A stretch of DNA of 64,000 nt. Origin: a phage. A program made the position numbers and the translations under genes. Positions 19,501 through 28,706 of the stretch are shown in pieces. The stretch lies in the NCBI GenBank assembly GCA_024614665.1, contig GCA_024614665.1_4861.1, one strand, 5' to 3'. The notes under the pieces were generated by a model. The model searched no databases. It was not told the DNA's origin and worked only from the letters and a program-made list of their open reading frames with translations. Numbering within the stretch: position 1 is the first letter of the stretch; each line of letters begins with the position of its first letter.

Positions 19501-22500
19501 GCTACTATAAAGGCGGGAAAATCCAAGCACTGACCCAAGGTCTGGCCAGTAAGATTGGCTTAGGCTTTAATAAAGTGGCTAAGCTACCGAAACGGTTCCT
19601 GGATTTCCTGTCGCCAAAAGCGGGCAGCATCGTTGGTAAGATTAAGGACTGGCTGAACGAGATTCCGGAAGGCGAAGAAAAGACACGTCTCCAGAAAGCG
19701 TTCAACCGCGTAACGAGCTTACCGGGTAAAGTGCTCGGTTTTGCGAAACGTGGTGTCGACCGTCTGAAAGACATGATTACCGACAACCCACTGACGCGTT
19801 GGTGGAAAGGCCGTAAAGATGGTGGGGGAGGTGGTTTCAGTCTCTTCTCATCGACCGGCAAGAAAACCAACCACATTCTTATCCGTATCTACAAACTGTT
19901 GAACCAACGTTTACCGGGTGATCCGGAAGACGAAAGTTGGACAGAAGAAATGGAGAAGGGTGTCGGTGGCGGTGGTAGTACGATCGGCCGTGCAGTTCGC
20001 GGGGCGTATAATCGTGCGAAAGCGTCATTGTCTGAACGTTTTGGTGGACGTTGGTCAAGAACAAAAGCGTTCTTTGGTCGTGGACGTGACCGCCTGCGTG
20101 GTTGGTTCAGTGGTTTCCGAGGCCGGGCTGGGGATATGCTCGATGGATATCGTGGAGCACGACACGACATTGCTACACGTTACGAAGTTGAACGTCGGTT
20201 GGCTGGACGTGATGATGATGTTGCTGAGTTTTATCGCAGTCATTTGAACGCGAAAGGTGGCCTTTCTGGCCGTAAAGTCTACGGTGATGCGAAGGAAGAC
20301 CTTGAGACCGCCCGTGATGCAGCAGGGAGAGTTATTAACAAAGGGAAGAATGCTGCCAAGTCTGCAGGTGCAAGATTGTTTGAACGCTTGGACCGAATGA
20401 TTGGCTTGCAAGAGATGTCGTGGTTTAACACCATGCGCGAATCAGTATCCCGTGCAGGTGGTGACGATGGCATTATTCGTACCATGTTTGCGAAGTTCGG
20501 TAAACGTAACAAGCCGCCTGAAGGTGATGAAAAACGCGACTACTTTAACTTCTTCAAACGTTGGCGTGAGAAACGTAAGGAGAAGAAAGAGAAAGCGCAG
20601 GGCTCCAAAGGGAAATCTGGCGGTCTGTGGGATATGGTGAAAGGCTTACCTATCATCGGTCCCATCGTCAGTATCTTGGGAACTGTGGGTAATATACTCG
20701 GTTCTATCACGAAATGGGGTGTGTTAAAACCCGTAGGCCTTTTAGGGAAGGCTGCGTGGAATGTTGGTAAGTTCGCAGTAACCCGCTTGGCGGCACCCGC
20801 GGTGTCCGCTGTGGCAACTGCGGCATCTGCCGTCGTGACCGCGGTGGGTTGGCCGGCAATTCTCATCGGTGGTGCGATCGCCGCGGCAGGTTACGCCGCG
20901 TACAAAATCGCAACGACTACCTATACCCAGTACCTGGATAAGATGCGTTTAGCTCAGTACGGTTTCCGTGATTACGATAAGTGGTCGTCGGACGACGGGG
21001 CGAAAGCGCGTTACTTAGAAGACGCATTGCGTGAGTATGTGTCTTACGCGGAAGATGGCCAAGCCAGTCTCCGTGGGCTAAGTGGAAAAGACGTTCAGAA
21101 GTTAGCTGAAGGATTCGGTATCAACGTTGAGGAAAAAGGCGAGATGTTGGCCTTCCAAGCGTTTATGCTTCAGCGCTTCATTCCGATTTATCTCCGTTGG
21201 ATTACGGCACTGAAATCAATGCCGAACAGTATCCAGTTGGCTGACGTCGGCGATGCGAAGAAAGTATCGAAAGAGGACATGCAGACACTCTTCAACAAAA
21301 TGAAGATGACTAAGGATGCAAAAGCGTTCTCTTCGTTAACTGACCCACGCAAAGTCAACCAAGGTTTCTTCTCGAAAGCTTGGGACGTTGTAACCTTTAC
21401 ACCGAAGGAGTTTTTGAGCGGTGAAGAGGTTATGGAAGTGCAGAATGAAGTCGAGCGTGCGATCAAGTTCAGAATGGACGATAAGAAAGCACGTAAGTAC
21501 GGAATGGCACCGGCCGTGGAGGGGATTAAATCCGCTGGCGTTGATGAAGCTATCAACAAACTCGGACAGCTGGATAACGAACGTAACAAAAATCTGGCGA
21601 AGGTAGAAGGTTGGGAAGACGGAACAGAGCAGGTTCAGATTCAGGTAGACTGGAATGCGGTGCTCGACCAGAAAGACATGAATGCGATGGAGTCGGTACG
21701 TTGGAAGACTTATGGTTTTACCACCATCGATAACGCCACTCGCACCATGATCACGGTATTCGAGAAGAACGTCATTAAGGACATTGACGTGAAAACCGCA
21801 AGCTACAAAGGAGATTGGAAGAAAGCAATCGCCTCGATGGTTCCAGACGCTATCGGTACACCGAAAGAAGATCGTTTGAAACGGTGGTTCTTTGACCGTT
21901 TCTTACCGGTATTCATGACGTATTTGGTTGGGGTGAAGCGTTACCTGCCAACAGCCGATCCGCTGAACTTGAAACTGACCGGCGGCTACCTGTACGAAAT
22001 CAGTCTGATGATGTCAACAGCCTACAGCTTGAAAGGCGGTATAAGACAGTCGGTGTGGGAAGTGAATATCAACCCATTAGGGGGTGAGGCTAACACGAAC
22101 CCATCGTCCATCAAAGCCGAACTGGAAACGCTGAAGCTGCTGTCAAAAGAAGCTGACCTTGCCGTGCGTAACATGATCAAAGCCATTAAAAATAATGGCA
22201 AGCGTGCACGCTGGAAGGATCGTAACAAGAACCGCAGTTCTCTGGAAGTCACCGGTGAAGATGATGAAGACTCGAACATCAGTTCGGGAGATTCTTTGTC
22301 ATCCGACGGTGCTCGCGCCTCAGGTTATATCCCAACGGGTACAAGCGGTGGCGTACCGGGTAACTTAGGCCAAGTCGTCGATGCGGTTGGTGGTGTGCGG
22401 AACTACGCTGCAATGACCACGGGTTCGTCTTCGATTAACCTGAGTGATGTGAAAGACGGTGATTATAAGTCACTGGCTGAAAAATACCCGATAGAAATGT

Positions 22501-23714
22501 TGGGTAGAAAGGGTGCGTTGAACGTTCCAAATATCAAAGCACTGATTACCGATGCAGCGAACATGATGGGCGTGCCACCTGCAGTGGCGTTAGCAATGGC
22601 TAAGGCGGAGTCTGGATTTAACTACACCGCTAAAAACCCGTATGCTTCGGCGTCTGGGTTGTTCCAGTTTGTTAACGGTACGTGGGACGGGATGATGAAG
22701 GGGTATTCGCGGAAGTTCGGTATTCCGCGTGTTAACCAGATGGACCCGTGGGCGAATGCTATATTGGGTGTACAGTTCATTCGTGACAACATCCAACAAG
22801 CACAACGTGACCTGGGTGGTAAAGCACCACCTCCAGCCGTGGCTTATTTGTATCACTTCCTGGGTGCAGGCGGCGGTAAGAAATTCCTGGAAGCATGGAA
22901 GCGTAATCCGAATATGGCGGCATCAAGTGCTCCTGGGATTACATCTGCAATACTGAGAGGGAATGCCAACGTCTTCTACAGCAACGGTCGTATACGTAGC
23001 GTAGACGGGGTTATTCAGGAACTGAACCGCCGCATGGGCGCAATTTCCGCCAACGAAGTCGCTGCCGATCCGAGTAAGACGAAGGATATGGTTGCAGGCT
23101 TGTCGCCTAATTCACCAACCAACCCGGCAGCAGCAATGGGTGCACCGGCCGCTAATGATCCGAGTCTGTCGCCAGCAGATAACCTGCCGGCAGATAATGC
23201 TAATCGTCGTGATGACGCATTGACGCAGAAAGGGGCCATGGCGGCACAAGATGCAATGGCTACCGCCGCAGGTAATGTAGGACCAGCAGCACCTACACCA
23301 ACTACAGGTGGTTCCGGAACATCCGATGCCTCAACAACAGCCGAAACCGTAGCGTCGCAAGCTGCAGCAGAAGGATTGTCTGCAACGGATGTTGCTAAAG
23401 TGAAAGCAGGCGCGGAAGCGCAGGTTAACGCAGCAGCTCGTCCAGTTGCCGCTCCAACTTCTGATGCTACAGCATCGACGCCAACGCTGAATGGTGACCC
23501 GATAGATGTTCAGCAGCTCAAGGTACTGATTCAGTCTCGCGATTACTTGAAAGAGATTCGTGATATTTTGAAATCAAATCCGAGAGCAGCAAACGACACG
23601 CGTGGTGGTAGTATCCAGCAAGCGGCAAATGTGGCTCCTCCGGGCTCAGCTGCACGCAGGCAGGAAATAACCCAACCGACACCGTCGTTAAACGTAAGTC
23701 GGAAAGCAAGCTAA
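16593..23714 (+). CDS. giant virion protein with C-terminal lytic transglycosylase (SLT) domain, tape-measure or cell-puncturing type
   Basis: 2373-aa ORF. SLT signature AKAESGFNY...SASGLFQF...GTWDG near aa 2000; hydrophobic transmembrane-like segment near aa 1350-1440; Gly/Arg-rich repeats (GFAKRGV twice); Ala/Pro/Thr-rich C-terminal region. Confidence 0.75.
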   Translation: MAKRGKDGFDDIDLDRLDDWDDFGEPPRPKDEKKRSPILSTLNVARKSALSTIWPEGKRDQVILKGMPKPAADAYEGYQSAAAAAKDIYAHTKGELEKTERTLKMQARQLGPTMKKYLPDAVTKRIDKWSKSDQLDYQNYDPNQALMDRELGDVFSGVPKDAEEQRQLQDSMVEDKLRDSIKEMRADAMHQTMIGMAKDINLLTGLSRGVFLNIERKKLELQYRTLFAIQDIVKMKQSEFDRNTPALEAIVKNTALPDYAKEDFSEVRWANVKRQAAEWMNPLRYADGFMDMIRENTKKKISGIFGEGRGLLESVLGMGVEDDFGMSDSSSLTAERRKTNARDKATAWGSGFLAKKLLGPQIEKLQKWTREEMEKNPEVMKRLQKGAFTFGNLSSISNSAIAGETQGPLADLFRVLNELGIVQPLNREKAFLDERNGETLSRSAKFDRKAYLSLVEVIPAWLAEINKSVRRGYGEHADLEYDITSRGFVDRKVVGNRVRKAVANDEQRLRLQNSINSTVDFVDRGKTLSQKDRQHLADYIESRASQGRAFDVEAILKDPMHLHRYMPGNSAERIKEALQGHSDSLTGGSNELSNELARKISTVQSSITQRQAVIDEAVNIYGERALRDAGIFNYDAKSDTFGVDKDLSDPYTLFNDLAMGKTRSGRALTRDQEIQRKLQNGSALGDYLRRMNQGANGGVDDTSLPPALRGGGKGRGMSPRQLAAVLYGETSTNFVELLSQRNRGEEAPRNNFDGIIEAIRGNNNSDTLQKILEHVRSMDEEGVLLASLAGGAGSGDEEMGPPRPGGGSGGGKRRRIIIGEDGLIRRWGGVLFDTAAGIGGFAKRGVKGAWNKLNQFGGWARGKIAGMGGGEGPGFLTRMRGLISGSVRGGFEAVSSFGKGLLGIRDIYDDHGNVVLQGARLEAGEYYQVIDGKMVQLKTLDDIKLGSDIVDSAGNLVLAAADLAAAGKLRYYKGGKIQALTQGLASKIGLGFNKVAKLPKRFLDFLSPKAGSIVGKIKDWLNEIPEGEEKTRLQKAFNRVTSLPGKVLGFAKRGVDRLKDMITDNPLTRWWKGRKDGGGGGFSLFSSTGKKTNHILIRIYKLLNQRLPGDPEDESWTEEMEKGVGGGGSTIGRAVRGAYNRAKASLSERFGGRWSRTKAFFGRGRDRLRGWFSGFRGRAGDMLDGYRGARHDIATRYEVERRLAGRDDDVAEFYRSHLNAKGGLSGRKVYGDAKEDLETARDAAGRVINKGKNAAKSAGARLFERLDRMIGLQEMSWFNTMRESVSRAGGDDGIIRTMFAKFGKRNKPPEGDEKRDYFNFFKRWREKRKEKKEKAQGSKGKSGGLWDMVKGLPIIGPIVSILGTVGNILGSITKWGVLKPVGLLGKAAWNVGKFAVTRLAAPAVSAVATAASAVVTAVGWPAILIGGAIAAAGYAAYKIATTTYTQYLDKMRLAQYGFRDYDKWSSDDGAKARYLEDALREYVSYAEDGQASLRGLSGKDVQKLAEGFGINVEEKGEMLAFQAFMLQRFIPIYLRWITALKSMPNSIQLADVGDAKKVSKEDMQTLFNKMKMTKDAKAFSSLTDPRKVNQGFFSKAWDVVTFTPKEFLSGEEVMEVQNEVERAIKFRMDDKKARKYGMAPAVEGIKSAGVDEAINKLGQLDNERNKNLAKVEGWEDGTEQVQIQVDWNAVLDQKDMNAMESVRWKTYGFTTIDNATRTMITVFEKNVIKDIDVKTASYKGDWKKAIASMVPDAIGTPKEDRLKRWFFDRFLPVFMTYLVGVKRYLPTADPLNLKLTGGYLYEISLMMSTAYSLKGGIRQSVWEVNINPLGGEANTNPSSIKAELETLKLLSKEADLAVRNMIKAIKNNGKRARWKDRNKNRSSLEVTGEDDEDSNISSGDSLSSDGARASGYIPTGTSGGVPGNLGQVVDAVGGVRNYAAMTTGSSSINLSDVKDGDYKSLAEKYPIEMLGRKGALNVPNIKALITDAANMMGVPPAVALAMAKAESGFNYTAKNPYASASGLFQFVNGTWDGMMKGYSRKFGIPRVNQMDPWANAILGVQFIRDNIQQAQRDLGGKAPPPAVAYLYHFLGAGGGKKFLEAWKRNPNMAASSAPGITSAILRGNANVFYSNGRIRSVDGVIQELNRRMGAISANEVAADPSKTKDMVAGLSPNSPTNPAAAMGAPAANDPSLSPADNLPADNANRRDDALTQKGAMAAQDAMATAAGNVGPAAPTPTTGGSGTSDASTTAETVASQAAAEGLSATDVAKVKAGAEAQVNAAARPVAAPTSDATASTPTLNGDPIDVQQLKVLIQSRDYLKEIRDILKSNPRAANDTRGGSIQQAANVAPPGSAARRQEITQPTPSLNVSRKAS

Positions 23715-23723
23715 TCGTAGGGG

Positions 23724-25985
23724 GTGGCAACACCCCCTAATCATCTTACAGAGAGGTTTTACGTGGAAGCAAGACAACTAAAAGATTCAGGATGGGTAAC
23801 CGGCCTGTTTGGCGGTACAACCGCACAACGCGATGAGCGTTTCCTGGGTTTGCGTCGTTACTCTAACGCGATGCTCTCGTTTGAAGATACCACGATGGGT
23901 GGTTCGCAAGCGTTAAATGCGCCGCCGCAGTTTACGATGTTTGCTGATCCGAGTTCAACAGGTGCCTTTGCACAACCTGATGCAGGTCGTGGTTCGTACT
24001 CAAAGTACGTTAAAGGTCAAGACCAACGTGGTTCCTATCGTCTAGGGACTTTCTATTACGAAGCTATTAACCAAAACAGTTTTTATCTTCATTGTCGTTT
24101 CGGTAAACCTCGATATATCGGGGTCGCTGCATTCTTCGCGAATATGTACGATTCCAACCTAGCGTATCTGGCACGCACAGGTGATTACCCAGGTATGTTA
24201 CGTGCGATGGGGACGTATGTTGCCGCCGCAGCAATATGGGCCGCAGTAGGTACGGTTGCCTTTGCGGTTATTCTGATTACGCCACGTATGTTGAAGATGG
24301 TGCTGAACAAGCAGACTTCTCGCTACTACTACGTGAAACCGACAATGCACTTGTATCTGCGCGCTGTGCAGAATATGGTCAACACCCAGTTAGTTTATCG
24401 TCGATTAGTACCAACGGGTGTGTTAGGGACTTTCCAGCTTGCTAATGCTGTAGATGGGTCTGAGAAAGGCGGTACTGCTAATAAGTACAACGGCGACCGT
24501 AAAGAGTGGTACTCCATGCTGCCAGAAATCTGGACAGCTGATGGTGAGTTCGATATCTATCGAATGATTAACCGCTACCAAACTTTGGCCAACTACCAGG
24601 CGAAAACCATCGATAAGATTCGTAAAGAGTCGAGTAACGAAGAGGACATGGCTCGCCGTTTGCGAAACTTCTATCTGGAAGCGACGTACTCAACAACCCA
24701 TTTGGAAAAAGCTGCGCAGTACGAGGTTTCTTTACGTAACCTTGAATACGTAGCCAAAGCTGGTAAAGGGTACGATGCTGGTTTTGAAAACGTCGACAAC
24801 AAAGAAGACGAACTGGTAGCAGGGATGAATGGAAGCATTCAGGATGCTCAGTCACAAGGAGGTAAAGCTGAAAACTTCGAAAACGAAGGTGACGTGCAAC
24901 GTAAAGAGCTTGCCGATCGCATGGCGCAGGTTGAAAAGAACCAGGCTCAGGTTGCTAAAAGTCAGACTGAAGCAAACTCGATGGATGAGAACAATCTCGA
25001 CATTGGGAAAATTGAAAACTGGATGGACCAAGGTCAGAAAGAATCTGTCGGTAGCGTCTTTAAAGACTATATCGATATTTTAGATGGCGCTATGGATGGC
25101 CTAACTTCGAACATCGCTTCGGAGATACGTAACGGTTCGCAATGGATTACTTGGCGTGTTGATGGGCGCGATACCGTAGGGCGTTCGTTCTCCAACACCA
25201 CCAAAGAACCTGAAATCTCTGGCACGGTTAACTCCGCCACGCAGAAAGCACGTTCTTTGGAAGTAAACCTCTCCGGTGGTAAGACTGGTTTCGACGCAGT
25301 CGATGGTCTCATTACTGGGCTGAAGTCCGCCTTTACAGGCGCACTCGATTTCTTACATTTATCAGGGATTATGTCACTGTACAACTCGTCGGTGATTGAC
25401 TTCCCGGAAGTGTGGGACTCCTCAGACACCTCAGGTGACGATATCTCGCTAAGTATTCCCCTTCGCTGTTGGTCGGGTAATGACTTAGATGTGTTTCAGG
25501 ATCTGATTGTCCCGTTGTCGTTCTGGTTAGCGGCAGTTTGTCCGTTAGCAACCGGTAAACAATCGTTTACACACCCGTTCTATCTGGAGTGCTATTCTCG
25601 CGGTCGTTATTCCATGCGTAATGCCATGGTAACTAACCTGAGTCTCCAGTTCGGTACAGGTGGTTTAGGTTGGCGTGCTGACGGTCTGCCGTTGTCGTGT
25701 GATATACAGGTAACTATTCGTGACCTGTCGCGTGTTATGTACATGCCGATTGTAACTGATATTGGTGTGTTTGATGATGATAACAAGTTCAGTGAATTTA
25801 TGTCTGTGTTGGGCGCTGCCACACTTTACGAGCGTACCAACGGCATCGCGCAGGCTAAAATCAATGCGTCTATCTGGGCGCAGAACTGGGCAAGTGCTTG
25901 GTCGCAGGGTAGCATCGTCAACGCCGCCTTAGATATCATACCAGCCCGACAAATCGCGAACATTTTCCTACCACAAGCGCGTTAA
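23724..25985 (+). CDS. virion structural protein (hypothetical)
   Basis: Long ORF directly after the giant gene; more likely start is GTG 23763 with GAGAGG SD. Contains one hydrophobic helix. Confidence 0.5.
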   Translation: MATPPNHLTERFYVEARQLKDSGWVTGLFGGTTAQRDERFLGLRRYSNAMLSFEDTTMGGSQALNAPPQFTMFADPSSTGAFAQPDAGRGSYSKYVKGQDQRGSYRLGTFYYEAINQNSFYLHCRFGKPRYIGVAAFFANMYDSNLAYLARTGDYPGMLRAMGTYVAAAAIWAAVGTVAFAVILITPRMLKMVLNKQTSRYYYVKPTMHLYLRAVQNMVNTQLVYRRLVPTGVLGTFQLANAVDGSEKGGTANKYNGDRKEWYSMLPEIWTADGEFDIYRMINRYQTLANYQAKTIDKIRKESSNEEDMARRLRNFYLEATYSTTHLEKAAQYEVSLRNLEYVAKAGKGYDAGFENVDNKEDELVAGMNGSIQDAQSQGGKAENFENEGDVQRKELADRMAQVEKNQAQVAKSQTEANSMDENNLDIGKIENWMDQGQKESVGSVFKDYIDILDGAMDGLTSNIASEIRNGSQWITWRVDGRDTVGRSFSNTTKEPEISGTVNSATQKARSLEVNLSGGKTGFDAVDGLITGLKSAFTGALDFLHLSGIMSLYNSSVIDFPEVWDSSDTSGDDISLSIPLRCWSGNDLDVFQDLIVPLSFWLAAVCPLATGKQSFTHPFYLECYSRGRYSMRNAMVTNLSLQFGTGGLGWRADGLPLSCDIQVTIRDLSRVMYMPIVTDIGVFDDDNKFSEFMSVLGAATLYERTNGIAQAKINASIWAQNWASAWSQGSIVNAALDIIPARQIANIFLPQAR

Positions 25986-26007
25986 TATACCATAGAGGTA
26001 GTGCGTT

Positions 26008-26559
26008 ATGAGTTTATTTGGAAAGACCGCAAAAGAGCTGGTTTACGATCTCATCGTGTCTCAGAATCCTGGACTGACTGGTAAGGGCGTGACCATCGAT
26101 AAATTGTCGTTCGGTAACCCGGCACACATCACCGCAGCCGATCCTGACCCAGAGCAATACACCAGACTGAACACCAACCTTGATGTTTCTGGTATCATTG
26201 AGAAGGGTACGTTCGGTAAGATGGGTCTTACTTATCGACGATTGGACGTAGCACATTTGTTTGAGAACGTCGTGTTGTCTGTCGATGGCACCGGCGTGTC
26301 GACCGCTGCCGATCTTGTTCCCTTGCTGCGAACCAAATACAATTGGTTAATCGACGCAACCGAGATTTACGCGACAGAATCAATGACTTCCCCCACGAAA
26401 CACAATCTGCGTTTCAATGGAAAGTCGCTGGCGTGGACAGGTACGGTTGAGGTTTATTTGACCGAAGTTCCGAGCGATGGTGTCGATATCAGTAAACTGA
26501 TTACCGTTACTGAGTTGAACGGTTTGGTTTATGACGTTTCCGACATGGCTCAAGCGTAA
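26008..26559 (+). CDS. hypothetical protein (possible small structural protein)
   Basis: 183-aa ORF; last gene of the plus-strand operon before a strong terminator. Confidence 0.5.
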   Translation: MSLFGKTAKELVYDLIVSQNPGLTGKGVTIDKLSFGNPAHITAADPDPEQYTRLNTNLDVSGIIEKGTFGKMGLTYRRLDVAHLFENVVLSVDGTGVSTAADLVPLLRTKYNWLIDATEIYATESMTSPTKHNLRFNGKSLAWTGTVEVYLTEVPSDGVDISKLITVTELNGLVYDVSDMAQA

Positions 26560-26577
26560 CAAAAAAATAAGTAATGC

Positions 26578-26615
26578 GAGTACCCCTAACGGGGTACTCG
26601 TTTGCTTTTATTTTT
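26578..26615. terminator. bidirectional intrinsic terminator
   Basis: Hairpin GAGTACCCC TAAC GGGGTACTC then GTTTGCTTTTATTTTT; A7 run on the other side serves the convergent minus gene. Confidence 0.7.
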
Positions 26616-27036
26616 AGCGTTCGATAATCACTTTTACGATATCTTCTACCGGAGGGTAATACCACAACACCACACTGTTTCGTCCCAAGTCTTTTGGAAA
26701 CGTTTGGCAATATGCAATGTCGGTGCCGAAGCGCTCAGAGAGCTTTAAAACGTTCTCTGGGAACTGACAACCACCACGCCAGTCGTGCGTATAGAGTACC
26801 TGCTGTAATAATTTCACATTAGCATCGAAGAAGTACAGATTTTCTACCGGCGCAATGTGAGGTACCGGAATTGGTGTGTCGGTGAGTACGAACTCCAAAC
26901 CACCGCATTGTTCTGAACGCTCCGCTAGGAATTTCAGATGCCATGGCATTAGACCGTGGTCTTCCCAGACGATATTGTTGACCAGTAAACGATCAACGTA
27001 TTCGTCGTAATCAACCGTGAACAGTTTCTTCGCCAT
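26614..27036 (-). CDS. hypothetical protein
   Basis: ORF; start placed at ATG 27036 (MAKKLF) with GAGG SD. Confidence 0.5.
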   Translation of the reverse strand: MAKKLFTVDYDEYVDRLLVNNIVWEDHGLMPWHLKFLAERSEQCGGLEFVLTDTPIPVPHIAPVENLYFFDANVKLLQQVLYTHDWRGGCQFPENVLKLSERFGTDIAYCQTFPKDLGRNSVVLWYYPPVEDIVKVIIER

Positions 27037-27952
27037 CGGTAAACGCCTCATCTTTTACAGTAAGGGAACCGTTTACTTCGATTTCAGCAGCAGTCATGTC
27101 TGCTTCTTTAACGAAGATACCGTCCGCGTTCAGGAAACCCTTACGGTCTTTGATTTCATCCCACGCCAAGGAGAAGCACTGTTCCAGAGTCATATCGTAC
27201 GCAATAGCCAGCGCATTGGCGTATTCGACCATCTGAGCGAAGTGACATTCGATCATTACCGCGTCGCTGTTCTCGAAGTGTTTATATTCGAGTTGCTTAG
27301 CTGAGTCGATGCCTGCCTGATCCCAGATATAATCAACCGCACAAGTAAGATGGAAACGCATTTTGTGGAACAGGTAATGACTGTTCCCGGCGTGTGGTTT
27401 CTTTGAACGTGCGTCGTTGACGTATGTGCTGATATCGGTTGAGTCAAACTTAATGAGTTCCATCAAGTTAACCAACACGACCAGAGCATCACCGATACCG
27501 TCCATGATGTAACGACGTTTGTTTTTACTGATACCGGTTGCCGCTTCACCGTCTTCTTCGTAGAGTTTGGTGGCTTGGCTATACCAGACGCCGTTATCCA
27601 GAATACCACGCGCTTTAGACCAACCCATAACGTTAGTAATACATTGTGGGATGGTGTACAAAGGTACGTAACGCGGACGATCAACCGTACCACGATACTC
27701 GACACCTTCCAACGTCCACGGCATTTCGAAATCATTTATTTCCAAACTCTGGTCGCCTGTGAATACTTTACCTTCGACGTAAGTGTGACCGGTTTCACTG
27801 TTCACGCACAGGGTGTACAGTTTCTCAAAGGACCACGGTTCAACAAACTGACGTTGGCAGAATCCAGCCAGAAGCTCATTAATCTGTGCCAGGTACTGGT
27901 TAGGTTCAACAATAACGTTATACGGAATCTGGATAATGAAACGGTCGCCCAT
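27011..27952 (-). CDS. hypothetical protein (weak resemblance to all-alpha MazG-like NTP pyrophosphohydrolases)
   Basis: 313-aa ORF with AAGGAG SD; spaced acidic residues in an apparently helical region; function not established. Confidence 0.5.
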   Translation of the reverse strand: MGDRFIIQIPYNVIVEPNQYLAQINELLAGFCQRQFVEPWSFEKLYTLCVNSETGHTYVEGKVFTGDQSLEINDFEMPWTLEGVEYRGTVDRPRYVPLYTIPQCITNVMGWSKARGILDNGVWYSQATKLYEEDGEAATGISKNKRRYIMDGIGDALVVLVNLMELIKFDSTDISTYVNDARSKKPHAGNSHYLFHKMRFHLTCAVDYIWDQAGIDSAKQLEYKHFENSDAVMIECHFAQMVEYANALAIAYDMTLEQCFSLAWDEIKDRKGFLNADGIFVKEADMTAAEIEVNGSLTVKDEAFTDGEETVHG

Positions 27953-27968
27953 TTTGATAGCTCCTTAA

Positions 27969-28004
27969 ACAAAAAAATAAGTAGGGTGTCCATATGGACA
28001 CCCT
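27969..28004 (-). terminator. intrinsic terminator
   Basis: Perfect hairpin AGGGTGTCC ATAT GGACACCCT followed on the minus strand by ACTTATTTTTTTGTT; the same flanking sequence as at 26560-26580. Confidence 0.65.
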
Positions 28005-28014
28005 AATACGTATT

Positions 28015-28203
28015 TTAAATCTTGCACGCACCACCGGTGCAGTTGTCGTCGTCTTTCGACGGGTCAACGCCACCTTCCACACCTGCGTCAGGGTCAAGTC
28101 CAGGGATAACCATCTCGTCATCCGGAGACATGTTTACATCCGCACCTAACCCATCACGATACATGAACGTTGTGGCTTGCCCACGACCGAGTTCTCCAGC
28201 CAT
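28015..28203 (-). CDS. small acidic Cys-containing protein
   Basis: 62 aa, own GAGGAA SD, immediately followed by a terminator. Confidence 0.4.
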   Translation of the reverse strand: MAGELGRGQATTFMYRDGLGADVNMSPDDEMVIPGLDPDAGVEGGVDPSKDDDNCTGGACKI

Positions 28204-28215
28204 ATTTTCCTCTAC

Positions 28216-28695
28216 TTAATTAATCAGGTGTATCACAACGTCTGGCGTTACTACGTCGACCAGACTGCGATAGATTTTATCGTAACTGAACTTGTTGAAG
28301 AAGAAACCCGCTTCATCGACAATAACCAAGCCGAATTTCTCGTAGCCGGATATACCAGCACCCGTCGCGCGTTTCCAACCCTCAGGCAAGTAGTTACAGT
28401 GCACGGTCAGCCAACCGTTCCCAGCGGCTTTTTCATGGAATTTCTCCACCACTTCGCTCCGTAACGCTTCATTGTGAACCAGATACAGAACGCTGCCGTG
28501 GAACTTTGCTGACATATCAACAGCGTGTGTTGTAACGCCTTTCTGACGACCAGCGCCATAGCGGATAGTGCGGAACTCGCTCAGTGCAATATGCGGTAAA
28601 AAGCCACAGCTACGGGCTTCATCGGAGTCCAGTTCGATAAGACCTTTGGACAGTTCTTTTACTACGGCGCGATAATCGATCCGAGTTATAGACAT
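28216..28695 (-). CDS. hypothetical protein
   Basis: 159-aa ORF; LVIVDEAGFF resembles a Walker B box but no Walker A was seen. Confidence 0.5.
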   Translation of the reverse strand: MSITRIDYRAVVKELSKGLIELDSDEARSCGFLPHIALSEFRTIRYGAGRQKGVTTHAVDMSAKFHGSVLYLVHNEALRSEVVEKFHEKAAGNGWLTVHCNYLPEGWKRATGAGISGYEKFGLVIVDEAGFFFNKFSYDKIYRSLVDVVTPDVVIHLIN

Positions 28696-28706
28696 CTGTT
28701 TTCACC

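Noticed and set aside
20688-20700. Additional TATATTAC occurrence (minus strand) inside the giant gene.
   Set aside because: Isolated 8-mer without the flanking CTGAGATA and TAGGTGAG context; an AT-rich 8-mer is expected by chance a few times in 64 kb.
16593-23714. First impression that the window is from a T5-like siphovirus, because of the transglycosylase-containing giant protein plus ThyA, RNase H and SbcC-like genes.
   Set aside because: A beta'-like multisubunit RNAP gene with a DxDGD motif, a 2373-aa protein (about twice the size of a T5 tape measure) and sheath/tube-sized structural genes fit a phiKZ-like jumbo myovirus better.
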